Assembly: GCF_009914755.1 (NCBI RefSeq)
Contig: NC_060927.1
Reading direction: 5' to 3' (one strand)
Source of the DNA: the human T2T-CHM13v2.0 reference genome, Homo sapiens
DNA length: 64,000 nucleotides
Shown one piece after another: positions 1-12,252 of this stretch. The position numbers were made by a program, and so were the translations under genes. How positions within the stretch are numbered: the stretch's first letter is position 1; every line of letters starts with the position of its first letter. The notes below the pieces were generated by a model. It was not told the origin of the DNA. It saw nothing but the letters and a program-made list of their open reading frames with translations, and searched no databases.

Positions 1-861
1 CGCAGAGAGGTAATTCAAGGAAAGATTCAATTAAAAAGCCAATGGAATCAAAACTTCAAATGCAACTGCTTGGTTAAATTATTTAATTCAAATTAAATAA
101 TTTTATTTAATCCAAATTAAAGTATTAGATTAAGCAAATTGAACATCTTTGGGGACATTTAAAGATGGAGAGATGGAGATGAAAGCTTAAGTAAAGTTAG
201 GCCAACTTCCAGCCACTTGAACTAACTGAAGTTGGTTCAATATAGAATGGGAGGAAAGTAGAGGCACAGGTACAGATGATTCTGAACAGTTTCGCAGTAA
301 AATAGAGCAGATAATTTATTACTTCTTTAAAGTAAATCTAAATTAGTCCCCAATTTGCTTTCACTAATCCCATAATCATTTACTGCATGTCAGTTACATA
401 AAAGGCATGACACCAGGTGCGATAGATACAAAGATAACTATGACATGCTGCAAGCTTGCTGCACTCATGATTAGGGAGAAAGAGGTGCAAACAAGAGATT
501 ACAGGTCAGTGTGGAATGTGTTAATGAAGGTCCAATTAGAGTGCTATGGTAGTGTGCTGAAAAATGGCAGTGACTCAGCCTTGGCTGGTCAGGGAACAAT
601 TGTTTAAAAGATACCTTTAAAAGATAATTGGGCTTCAGCAGATGGTTAAAGACCTAAGGATGTTCCTAGTGAGAGATATGGCATATGCAAAGTCTGGAGA
701 GCATCCATCTCTAATTCTGTTGGATTTATAAATCTTTCCCCACATTCTATTGAAGTCGAGCTCCAGATACATTCTTCAGTGTTTGGAAGTCCTCCTCATC
801 TTCCCACATGACTCCTCTAGTCCCTACACTTATATGCAACCCACAACATGCTTCGTTATTG

Positions 862-1037
862 CCATTCAAAGTATGGTCCTCATAACAGCAGCATCACATG
901 TGAACATTTTAGAAATACAAATCCTTGGCTCCCATCCCACACCTACCGAATCAGAGTCTCTGGCTGTGGTACCTAGGAACCTATATTTTAACAAATCCTT
1001 CAGGTAGTTCTGATGCAGCTAAAGTTTCAGAAGCAAC
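862..1037. mobile_element. MER5A-like hAT-Charlie DNA transposon relic
   Basis: CAAAGTATGGTCC...CAGCAGCATCAC...TTAGAAATACAAAT...CCTACCGAATCAGAGTCTCTGG...TTTTAACAAATCCTTCAGGTAGTTCTGATGCAGCTAAAGTTT matches recalled MER5A layout. Confidence 0.75.
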
Positions 1038-1351
1038 TTGTCCAGGTGCCTACAGATTTCTTCTTTTTTAAAAATTTTGCCCTTCTTAGCATTCAGAGGA
1101 AATGCTCATAATTAGGGTTACATGTTCACTAATTTAGTCTTTCCCTATCTACTGATAAAAAGTTATTTTGTTCTGAGTTCCAACATGCCATTAGCAGACG
1201 CTTCCATGAAAATAATCAAGTAAGTAACCACAAATTCCTAAAGTGTTGTTCTTTAGGGAGTACTTGCATTTTAGCCAAATTTTGAAAGGACATTTCTGCT
1301 GAAGAAAGCTGAAGTGAGAGATATTTGCCTGTGTATATATCTAGAAAAAAC

Positions 1352-1842
1352 TTTTTTAAAATTTTGTTTTTTATTTTAGATTCATGAGGTAACATGCAGG
1401 TTTGCTATGTTGCATAATGCTGAGGTTTGGCTTCTAATGATACCATTGCCCAAGTAGCAAACATACTATCCGATAGGTAGTTTTTCAATCTTAACCTCCT
1501 TCCCTGCTTTTGCAGTCCCCAGTCTCTATTGTTCCCGTCTTTGTGTCCATGTGTTCTCAATGTTTGGCTCCCACTTATAATTAAGAACATACAGTTTTTA
1601 ATTTTCTGTTTCTGTGTTAATTGACTGAGGATAATGGCCTCCACCTGCATCCATATTGCTGCAAAGGACATGATCATGATTTTGTTCTTTTTTACGGCTG
1701 CATAGTATTCCATGGTGTATATGTACCACATTTTCTTTATCATATCTACTATTGGTGAGTACCTGAGTTGGTACCATGTCTTTGCTATTGTGGATAGTGC
1801 TGTGATGAACATATGAGTGAAAATGTCTTGTTGGTAGAGTAA
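1352..1842 (-). mobile_element. L1 3' end (old L1PA/L1PB type), host element, part 1
   Basis: T-rich tail at ~1352-1380; ORF 1405..1899(-) contains L1 ORF2 C-terminus (FITALSTIAKTW..KKMWYIYTMEYYAAVKKN). Confidence 0.92.
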
Positions 1843-2370
1843 CCCCATTACTGGGTATATACCCAGATGAATATAAATCATTCTACCATAAGGACACATG
1901 CATATGAATATTCACTGCAGCACCATTCACAATAGCAAAGATGTGAAATCAACATAAACACCCATCAATGACAGATTGGATAAAGAAAACTTGATACACA
2001 TACATCATGGAATATTATGCATCCATAAAATGAATGAGATCCTGTCTTTTGTGGGAACAGGGATGGAGCTGGATGCTATTATCCTTAGAAAACTAATGCA
2101 GGAGCAGAAAACCAAATACTGCAGGTCCTCACTTACAAGTGGGAACTAAATGATAAGGAACTTATAAACACGAAGAAGGAAACTGAACACTGGGGTCTAC
2201 TTGAGGGGGAGGGCTGAAGAATGGAGAGGAGTAGAAAAGATAACTGCTGGTTACTGGGCTTAATACTTGGATGATGAAATAATACGTACAACAAACCCCC
2301 ACGACACGTATTTACCTGTGTAACAAACTTTCACATGTACTCCCAACCCTAAAATAAAAGTTAAAAAAAA
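1843..2370 (+). mobile_element. 5'-truncated L1 3' end (L1PA13-15-like) inserted in opposite orientation into host L1
   Basis: CCCATTACTGGGTATATACCCAG...GGATGGAGCTGG...ACAACAAACCCCCACGACACG...AAAATAAAAGTTAAAAAAAA: ORF2 end, 3'UTR and own poly(A). Confidence 0.9.
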
Positions 2371-2682
2371 TTTATTTTCATTTGGGTATATACCCAGTAA
2401 TGAGATTGCTGGGTCAAATGGTAATTCTATTTTTAGTTCTTTGGGAAATTTCCAAATTGCTTTCCACAGGGGCTGAATTAATTTGCATTCCCATCAACAG
2501 TGTATAAGTGTTTCCTTTTCTCTGCAACTTTACCATCATCTGCTATTTTTTGACTTTTTAATAATAGCTATTCTGACTGGTGTGAGATGATATCTCACTG
2601 TGGTTTTGATTTGCATCTCTCTGATGATTGGTGATTTTGAGCATTTTTTTTTTCATATGCTTGTTGGGCTCTGGTATGTCTT
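2371..2682 (-). mobile_element. Host L1, part 2 (continues part 1)
   Basis: Resumes TTTATTTTCATTTGGGTATATACCCAGTAATGAGATTGCTGGGTCAAATGG, directly continuous in L1 coordinates with ...GTCTTGTTGGTAGAGTAA at 1842. Confidence 0.9.
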
Positions 2683-3289
2683 GGAAAGATACTTTATAAT
2701 AAGACTCAGGCACACCAAAATTTAGCACCTCACATCATTGATCATTGAATAAAACCTTGAGACAACCATCAGCATTTCATTAATGAACGTTTATTAAGCA
2801 CTTTATTTAATGAACCTCCTAGGCTGCAGGAAAGAACAGCACAATTACTTTTATAAGTTATAAAAAATTCTTGGATCCTCCTACCATCTTTTCTAAGGCC
2901 TACTCATTCTATTTTCCTTTGAAATAATCTAGGTTTAAAATAAGTCTTCTTATTTCTTACTATTCTGAAAAATGTCAATTCAAAGCTGAGCAAGATGGAC
3001 TTTCCACTTTTCAAACAGATTAGTATCCCTGAGTCATTTTTAGAAGCTCTGTAAGGAGGATCAAGTGTGCACACTTAGAAAATGCCCTCAATCAAAGTGA
3101 GGATCATACACAGTAGGGCTCACCATGAGTGTCCCTGGAATGTGAACTATTTTCACAAGACTGTCTCTTCCTACTGCTATCTTTCTCTTTACGTGCTATC
3201 CTCACCACCCCCAGAAGATTCCATGTATCTCACAGGAATCCAGAAGCCTTATGTTTCACTGCAAATGACTCTCTGGAAAGTAACTAGAA

Positions 3290-3480
3290 ATAATAATAGC
3301 TACAGCTATTACATTTACTATATTCCAACAGCTAAGTGATTTAGAAATGTTATCTCATTTGATCTTTGCAATGGTCCATGAGGTAATTTTTATTAGACTT
3401 ATCTTAAAGAGGCTGAGAGAAGTTGAAAGAAACTTGCTTACTCAGATAGCAAACTCAGGTCTACTGAACTCAAAAGCCAC
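3290..3480 (-). mobile_element. MIR fragment
   Basis: AATAATAGC...TTATCTCATTTGATC...GAGGCTGAGAGAAGTTGAAAGAAACTTGC, degenerate MIR core. Confidence 0.6.
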
Positions 3481-4065
3481 GATATTTTTTTATTTCACAA
3501 ATGCTCAGTCTGTAACATGCCATTTTGCTGCTTTTTCCAGGGATATTTGTGTTTAGCATAATCTGTGATAACAGAATGGGTTTGTACTTCCTTGAAGGAA
3601 CTTGGACACTGATGAACAGGTAGAGATGACCTTATTTGGCTGGCCATGGAAGCCTGAAATCATGCTATGGGTATTTGTTTTGATACATGAAAATAAGACT
3701 TATGGATAAATGATGATGACAGAGATGTCTTCCCTGTCAGAGTGAAAGCTTTCTGTAGATCTTTCTCCATACAAGTCAAAGCATGTCCTTAAAACAATTA
3801 GGAACCTCTGTTTTGGATAGAAGGAATTATTTTCACAAATCGAGTGTTGTAACCTCCCTAAATTCTATCATTTTCTGGAAGGAATATGAACACCAGAAAG
3901 TTTCCAAATACTCTCAGCAGTGTACAACTGTTGGGTGTGAGTAAACCCAAGCCAAGTGTGAACCATATCAGCTTTAGCATGTGTGTTAATTAGCATGTCA
4001 GATTGAGCGGCACAAAGGTTTGACATCCAGAAGTTCAAATGTTGACTCTACAACCTTCCAGGCAC

Positions 4066-4494
4066 ATCTCTTAGTCCATTTTTGTGTTGCTCTAACAGGA
4101 TCCCTGAGGATGGGTAATTTATAAAGAAAAGAGGATAATTTCGCTCACAGTTCTGTAGGCTAGGAAGTATAAGAAGCATGGCAAGGCCATCTACTCAGCT
4201 TCTGGTGAAGGCCTCATGCTGCTTCCACTCTTGGTGGAAAGTGAAAGGGAAGTGGGAAAGTACAGAGAGATCACACGGCAAGGAAGGAAACAAAAGAGAG
4301 AAACTGAGGAAGCCAGACTCTTTTTTAACACCATGCTCTCATTGACTCCCACAGGAGGGCATTAATCTATTCATGAGGGAACTGCCCCCATGACCCAAAC
4401 ATCTCCCATTAGGCCCCAGCTCCTAACACTCATGCACTGGAGATAAAATTTCAACAAGAGTTTTGGAGAGGACAAGCCATAATCAAAACATAGC
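4066..4494 (-). mobile_element. MaLR solo LTR, MST family (MSTB-like), interrupting a MIR
   Basis: TCTTAGTCCATTTTTGTGTTGC...GGGTAATTTATAAAGAAAAGAGG...GCTCACAGTTCTG...TCAAAACATAGCA termini; MIR-like sequence on both sides. Confidence 0.88.
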
Positions 4495-4764
4495 AGTCTC
4501 TACATCTTGCTTTCTTCATTTGTAAATGAGGATGAAATATCTTAGAGCTGTCCTGAGAACTGACACATGTAAAACACTTGGCTCTGTCTTCCTCAATTAA
4601 TGGTAGCCGCTGTCATTATGACTATCAATATATCCTGAATGCAGACATCCACAAGACCCTAGAGGTTGCTTCTATAAACTTCTGGCCCCAGAAAATGGAT
4701 ACCATCAGTTTGTAGGTAATACTGTGAAGTCAGTGGGTTAGCATGCAGATAATGCTAGTAAGAA

Positions 4765-4965
4765 TAAGCAGTATTTTTGAGCATTTACTATGTACCAAGT
4801 CTTGTACTAAACATTATATATAAAATATCTTATTTAAGCCTCACGATGACTCCATGCACGCTAGTGTTACCCCATTTTACAGATGATGAGACTGAAGTAT
4901 AAGAAATTAAGTAAATAATCCAAGATCATACAAATGAAAAGACATGAAACTGGAATTTGAACAAA
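4765..4965 (-). mobile_element. MIR
   Basis: TTGAGCATTTACTATGTACCAAG...CCCATTTTACAGATGATGAGACTGAAG...CCAAGATCATAC. Confidence 0.8.
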
Positions 4966-6277
4966 GGTCTGAGTAGATGGCTGCGGTCTTCACCAATGAG
5001 CTATAAGAACAAATATTTTTAAACTGCTTGCTAGAGGTAATCTCTTCTTTATTAATGCAAGAGAGCATATTATTCTTGGCTTTTGTCTTCAGATAGTTTT
5101 ATAAAATAAACACTGAGCACTTCTTGCATTGCTGAGATATTGTCTTGTTAGTGAAGAAGTATTATCAGGACACTCAGAATCAAGTATGGTCCCATTTTTA
5201 TTAGTTGTATGGATTCTTTACAGCTGTTATTGTGAAATCATTCCCATTCCATTAATATAGGACAGATTATAAATTGGAGTGGTCTTACTGCTTTTATTTA
5301 GTGGATGGAAGGGAGGAGGCAAGGGAGATAAAGAGGGCTATAGTGTAACAGATAAATCTATCCCTTCCATTAGCCTGCGCTGGAAGCTTAAAATGCTCCA
5401 GGAAGGTCATTTGTGATGTAAACAGGGACAGTGTGCACAGAGAGCTTTTTACAAATCTGCTATTTACCTAAGAGAGGCATCCTGTGGGTTATCCCAATGG
5501 AATTCACTTTCCTGTTTGGTTTACCATGGAAGGGAAAGGAGGCCTAACAAACAGCCCTTCGGTTTGCTCAGCTGTGAGATATCCATTAACCAAGCAGAAG
5601 TTTGCCTGCACACACTGTATGTTTGCACAGCTTGCAGTACCATCTTTTCAAGACCCACCATTGTCTGGAAAGCACTCCAAAGTCCTAAGTCTATAATAAA
5701 GCAAATAGCTTGCACAGTTATTACTGTCAGGTTCACTTTTTACACTGTAGCCTATGAATGTCATCAGTTAAATTAAACCTCAAGAAGACCAAACACAGTG
5801 CATGAAGGTTAAATATGCTCTTGTGTTTGTCGGCACATTAGCCACCAAGCCACTTTCTCTTCAAAGTGTCCTTCAAGACACTTTCTTTCCAAAAATCTAT
5901 TAGAAATTTGATTATCAAGTTCAGATAGAGAAAAATTCACTCTCTGAGTTTTATTGAGAAACTTTTCCCTAGCAAGTAACCATAAAGCATTTTCCCTTAA
6001 CAGTTCAGATTGAGTCCGTAGCAGAATGATATCCATAGCTAGCAATTATTTACATAGACTGGCTTTTCAAAACCACTTGCCCATGTATTTTCTCATTTGC
6101 TTGGAACAAGTATCATTATTATTATTTAATTTTTCTCAAGAGAAAACTATCCTCAAAGTGGTTCAAGGATTTTCCTAAGATTATTCACCTAGTAAGTGGT
6201 AGAAAAAAAGCTTAGGTGCCTGTAGTTCTGCCTCCAGGGTCTTTCCACTACTCATCTTCATATACAAATCTACTAGA

Positions 6278-6745
6278 TCTTGCTACTTAAAGTGTGGTCC
6301 AAGAAGCAGTAGCAGCAGCAACAGCGATGGCACAGCATCACCTAGGCAGCATCTCAGACCCCACCCAAGACCTACTGAATCTGAATTTTTTTTTCCTTCT
6401 TTTTTTAGAGATAGGCTCCTGCTGTGTCACCCATGTTGGAATGCAGTGGCATGATAATAGCTCACTCTTACCTCAAATTCCTGGGCTCAAACAATCCTCC
6501 CACCTTAGCCTCTTGAGTAGCTGGAACTACAGGTGGCACCACCACACTTGGGCTAATTTTTTTTTTTCTTATTTTGTAGAGACGAGGTCTTGCCATGTTG
6601 TGCAGGGTGATCTTGAACTGGCTTCAAGCAATCCTCCTACCTCAAGCTCCTAAAGAGCTCAGATTACAGGCGTGAGCCACCGCGTGGTCCTGAATCTGCG
6701 ATTTAAACAAGATCCCCAGTTGACATTAAAGTTTGCAAAGTACTC
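6278..6745. mobile_element. MER5-family element interrupted by an Alu
   Basis: GCTACTTAAAGTGTGGTCC...AGACCTACTGAATCTG | Alu | TGAATCTGCGATTTAAACAAGATCCCCAG...CATTAAAGTTTG. Confidence 0.7.
6385..6690 (-). mobile_element. AluJ-type SINE
   Basis: poly-T, AGCTCACT...CCTGGGCTCAAACAATCCTCCCACC (J-diagnostic), ends GTGAGCCACCGCGTGGTCC; TGAATCTG on both flanks (TSD). Confidence 0.92.
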
Positions 6746-8469
6746 TCATTAAGACTCACAGGTATAGTGGTATCTCCTTTCCTCAACTAAATAATATATC
6801 AAAATATTGGCATTTGAAATATTGAGTGTTAAATACCAACAGGGTAGCTGAGACCATGCCATTTCTTAGGACATTATATAGGTTTGCAGATCTATAATTT
6901 CATCTTCACTTCTTGAAAATCTCATTTTGGTACACAAACAACTGTGTCCACAGTTACACATACACTTATCTGTGCAAGAAAATGATGCTGTTTGTCTCTA
7001 CCTGCTTGGGTAACAATGTTCATTTTTATTGGCATGGTAGATTGTGAGGGAGGAGCAGTAAGCCATCTGGAGCTTGAGCCAGATATTCCATTAGGGGCTT
7101 TCTAGTTGATGCAAACTTTTAAATTAAATGTTCAATGTCAAGTAAATGCTTGTGAAATTGCAATTCTCCTGCCATATGATGTGCTGCTTAACAACGGATT
7201 ATACTTGCTGTTCCTAAAATAAATTATCTATTGGAAATCAATGTTATATCCAATAGCTTTGCTGATAAGCAGTTAAATGAGCTCACCATTAGTCATTTAA
7301 ATGTCTTGGTTCTTATTTTTCTTGCCTGCAACATTAGATCAAATAATCTCTATGCAACTCATCCAAGTTTTATCACAGAATTGGAATTTTAAAGTTTCTG
7401 AAGATTTGTAGAGCCTGGAAGGACAAAGTGAATTCACAACCAAATAATATCTTTCCCCCTGCATTCTTTTGTGAATGGAATCCTCTGGCACTTCATTAAT
7501 TGCACTTAAAATAACTGTTTCCTTTATTATTCCTAGCATGAAAGAGTCTCTAAAACTCTCTGCAGTGTAGTCCAGCTCAGTCCCAAAATGAAGTATACAT
7601 GATTGAATGTCAAGATGTTGCCGAAGCATTCCGAGAAATTCACCATATAATTACAGGACTAGGTTCTGGTATATTAGAGTAGGTGGCCTGGAGGAGGAGC
7701 TTGGTGGTGAAAATTTACACAATGGCAGAAACCTAGTTTCTGAGTAGGTAAATTTGATACTTGTCCTTTTGTACTAGGAGTATTTTTAAAAAACAAACTC
7801 CAGAAGAATAGCTCACTCTCAGTTTTTAGGGTGGTTTAGGCCCTCTTATTCTTGGTCAGGACCGACACTTCCATCTCAGTTTTCTGCCCAAACACGGTCA
7901 ATCTGTGAGCAGACATTTTAGATAAGACCCATGCTTCTGAGGTGAAAGTGGTGCTACCTAGCTGGTTTTGGTATCTTTGAGGAGGCACCAGCATTCTAAC
8001 CTCAGATACCTGTTACCTGGGATTATCATAAAAGGGAAGTGGTATGTGTAGGGAATTAAAGAGTGTTAGAAAGAAAGAGAAAGCTAATTCAGAAGCCCAG
8101 GCAATGCTGGATTGGATAAAGTCCAATAATGCTTAGCACAGGGCCCAGAATATTCCAAATGCCATGTTTATAAGTTAAAAAGCTGATATAATTTTACTTC
8201 ATTTAAGGTGGTAGATTCTGCCCTCCACTTAAGTTAATGAGTAGGGGAGGCATGTGTGCTTCATGGTTTAAATGAGAGCAATAATGGGAAGAGAGCAGCA
8301 AAGCCAGGGCTGGCACAGCAGCTTCCATGAGAAACGGTAGTCAGGGTCCAAGGCACAAGGTCTCTCCATGAGTCCTCCAGCTTTCCTGGGTCCTCCATTT
8401 GTCAGGTTTGAGGGAGTCCAGGCATTTCCTATTGAAAGCACTTTTAGTGAAGGAAAGGCTCCTAAGGCT

Positions 8470-8868
8470 TGTTAAAAGAAAAACTTTAGACAAATTAAAT
8501 TTAATAGGATTTAAATAAGCAAAGAATGATTCACAAATTGGGAAGCCCCCAGAACTAGAATAGGGTCAGAGCGGTTCTGGCACTGCTGCATGGTGGGATC
8601 AGATTTATGGCCTGAAAAAGGAAAGTGACTTACAGAAAAGAAAAGGGAGGTACAGAAACAGCTGGATTGGTTACAGCTCCGTGTGTGCCTTTAACACAAT
8701 TTGAATAGTTGGTCGCCTATGATTGACCAAAATTAGGTGATTGGTACAGAAGAAGGTTACAGCCTGATTGCACATCCAGTTAGGTTACAGTTTACTATGG
8801 ATGGAGAAACCTTTAGACTGAACCTAAAATATGTTAGAAGGCAGCTTTAAGCTAAACTTAGTTTAACA
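8470..8868 (-). mobile_element. ERV1 solo LTR, MER57 family
   Basis: TGTTAAAAG...TTTAACA termini; GGTACAGAAACAGCTGGATTGGTTACAGCTC and GGCAGCTTTAAGCTAAACTTA match recalled MER57; flanks GGCT/GACT. Confidence 0.85.
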
Positions 8869-9456
8869 GACTGAATATGTAGGCATTTGCTCAGGTCAGT
8901 TTTCCTGGAATTTAAAAATAATCACAGAAATCTCATGATTGCACAGGAATCCCAAGTGTTGGCCACCAGCTCTTTCTCCCTTTTCTTTTTCCAGTCTTAC
9001 AATAGAAAAAGCATTTCATATCAGATACCAGTATACACATACATGCATTTATATAAAACTGAAACAAAAGGTTCATAAGATAATATCCTCATTACATGTG
9101 ATCTACTGATAGTTTTTTTAAACCTGATTAGACTCTACTTTGTTATGAAGAAAACAGAAACTAACCCATAGTTAACCTTAGATCTGGGATAAAGTGGCCC
9201 TTTTCTCATGGGGGTCTCCAATTTGTCCACTTAGGAGGTGCTTCCTGGCATCACAAACTCCTTCTCTGTAAGCCTCTGCTGGCTCTGCTGCTGATCATGC
9301 CAGTAACTTGAGGCAGAACTGCTGCCACTATGCTGGTGCCATCAGAAAGATGATGTAGACAAATCCCTGTTGCCCTTGTTCCCATCAAAGTGCAGCCAGC
9401 AAAATAGAAACCATACCAATAATAGTAACAGATAATTTAATATAAAGACTTTTGAA

Positions 9457-12022
9457 GATCAGAAAAAAATGATGTATAGGAGGCAGGACTACCTTGCAGC
9501 TCCCAAATGGACAGAACAGTGTGTCCCACTCAAACAGACAGAACAGTGAAGCTCCCACTCAAATGGACAGAACTCACATCATGAACTTTTGCTCCAAGAA
9601 CTACTGCAGGAACATACCAGGAAAACTGAAAGAATTCACAGACCCTTTGAAAGAAGTGGCTTGCTGCTGTAAACTCCATGAGTCAGCCAGAAAACTGAAT
9701 GCCCAAAAGTGTGAGAGGGGGATCTCCGAACACAAATCCTTCTTGGGGAATCTGAAAATCCAGATCATGGGAGAAAGATTTAATCTTACCTAGAGCTGGA
9801 ACAAATTTAGAGAACCAAGGGAAATATAAAAGTAGAAGCAGCAGCAGGAAGAGCCCTATAGGCACTCTTGGTCCCCAGGGAAGCCATTTCTGACCTTATC
9901 TCACAGGGTCCTTGGGGAGGGCTGCTAGTGGAATTGAAGAAGGACTATAGGGAGAAGGAAACTCCCCGCTGAACTTTGTAATAATTTTAACCTAGCACAA
10001 ACTTTCCTGGGCAGAATCATTGGTGAGATGAGGATGGCAAACAGGAAGTGCAGATATAAGCATAGAAGCTGCAGCAAGTAGACAGGGGTGAAGCCTGAAA
10101 GCCCTGCTTGTTTTCTCAGTAGGGAGGCTTGTAGCCTGGGACAAGATCTCAGCCTTGTGCACTAGCTGCCTGGATATAAACTCAGTGCTATTGGTGAGGC
10201 ATGGTGGAAGTGAGACTGACCTTTCTGGCTGTGTGGGAGCTGGGTGAGCCTGTCACTGACAACTTTCCCCCACATCCCTGATGACTTGTACAAAGCAGCA
10301 GAGGTAGCCATAACCGCCCCTTGGAACATAACTCCATTGACCTGAGAACCACATTCCGAACCCCCACAGCAGCCACAACAAGCCCCGCCCAAGGAGAGTC
10401 TGAGCTCAGACATGCCCATCCCTGCCCCCACCTGATGTTCTTTCTCTACCCACCCTGGTAGCCAAAGACAATAGACAAAATACATAATCTTTTGGGAGCT
10501 CTATGGCCCCACTCATCACTTGAGAAACCCGAATGCTTATCCAGGCAACATTAGGGCAAGCTTGTATCCCCCACTATACTACCACTGCTGATGCTCTCTT
10601 GATAGTGCCACCTGCTGGCTGGAGGCCAACCAACTCAAGCCATTACAGCAACTCATAAGTGAACAACCCCACTCCAAGAAAAGAGAAAACAACTGCTAAT
10701 TCCACTGCCTGTAACTTCGTGGCTAACCAGCGGTCCTGAGTCTGTCCATGTGAAAACTTCGCTGCCAGCACAACCAGCATTTGAGAAAACCAGCACACTA
10801 AAGAAAACTACAACCAAGGACCCTCAGAGTCTGCTTTACTCCCCTGCTGCCTCTACTGGAGCAGGTGTTGGTATCCACAGTGGAGAGACCTGAAGATGGA
10901 TCACATCACAGGACTCTGCAGACATTCCCCAGCATCAGCCCAGAGCCCAGTAGCTGTGCTGTGTGACTAAACCCAGAAGAGAAATAACAATCACTGCAGC
11001 CCAGCTCTCGAGAAGCACTATCCCTAGAGAAAGGGGGAGAGCACCACATCAAAGGATTCCCTCATGGGACAAAAGAATCTGAACAGTGGCTCTTGAGCCC
11101 CAGATCTTTCCTCTGACACAGTCTACCCAAATGAGAAGGAACCAGAAAAACAATTCTGGTAATATGACAAAGAAAGTTTCTTTAACACCCTGAAGACCAC
11201 ACTAACTCACCTGCAATGGATCCAAACCAAGAAGAAATCTCTGAATTTCTTTTCCAAGAAGAAAAATAATTCAGAAGCTCAATTATTAAGCTACTCAAGG
11301 AAGCACAAGAGAAAGGTGAAAACCCACTTAAAGGAATTAAAAAAAAAACAGGATATGGATGAAGAAATCTCTAGAGAAATAGATATAATAAAAAAAATCC
11401 CAGTTTTTGGAAATGAAAGACACACTTATAGAAATGCAAAATACACTGGAAAGTTACAATAATAGAATCAAACAAGTAGAAGAAAGAACTTCAGAGCTCA
11501 AAGACAAGGCTTTTGAATGAACCCAATCCAACACAGACAAAGAAAAAAAATGAACAAAGCCTCCAAGAAGTTTGGGATTATGTTAAATGACCAAACCTAA
11601 GAATAACTGGTGTCCTGAGGAAGAAGAGAAATCTAAAAGTTTGGAAAACTTATTTAAGGGAATAATAATAAAAAAAAAATACTTCCCTGGCCTGGCTAGA
11701 GATCTAGACATCCAAATACAAGAAGCTCAAAGAACACCCAGGAAATTCATCACAAAAAGTCTTCACCTAGGCACATAGTCATCAGGTTATCTAAAGTCAA
11801 GATGAAGGAAAGAATCCTAAGAGCTGTGACGCAAAAGCACCAGATAACCTATACAGGAAAACCTATTAGATTAACAGATGATTTCTCAGCAGAAATCCTA
11901 CACACTAGCAAGAATAGGGGTCCTATCTTAAACCTCCTTAAACAAAAGAATTATCAGCCAAGAATTTTGTATCCAGTAAAACTAAGCTTCATAAATAAAA
12001 GACAGATAAAGCCTTTTTCAAG
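9457..12022 (+). mobile_element. L1PB(a)-type LINE-1 5'UTR plus decayed ORF1, 3' portion missing
   Basis: 5' AGGAGGCAGGACTACCTTGCAGCTCCC...GAACTTTTGCTCCAAGAACTACTGCAGG; ORF1 start region ATGAGAAGGAACCAG at ~11131; ORF fragments 11587..11778 (LARDLDIQIQEAQRTP) and 11802..12035 (KERILRA..GKPIRLT.DFSAE..YQPRILYP.KLSF) are L1 ORF1p. Confidence 0.93.
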
Positions 12023-12147
12023 GAAAGCAAAGTAATTCTTGATGCTGCATCCCAGCAACTAGCTTCTTCTGAGGCCTCTTAACCATGAGAAGTAAAGGTA
12101 TTCTTCCTCATTTTCTTGCTCAAGTAAGCAGGTAGGCACCATTTCAA

Positions 12148-12170
12148 ACACACACACACACACACACACA

Positions 12171-12207
<37 letters not shown>

Positions 12208-12208
12208 C
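12148..12208. repeat. Compound (CA)n(CT)n microsatellite
   Basis: Directly visible. Confidence 0.97.
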
Positions 12209-12252
12209 ACATATATGCACAAAATAATTTTCAGAGACAATAAAGTCTAGAG

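Noticed and set aside
76-103. 13-bp AT-only inverted repeat
   Set aside because: Low-complexity A/T tract, not significant
1405-1899. 164-aa ORF
   Set aside because: L1 ORF2 C-terminus and 3'UTR read across the L1/L1 junction; not a host gene
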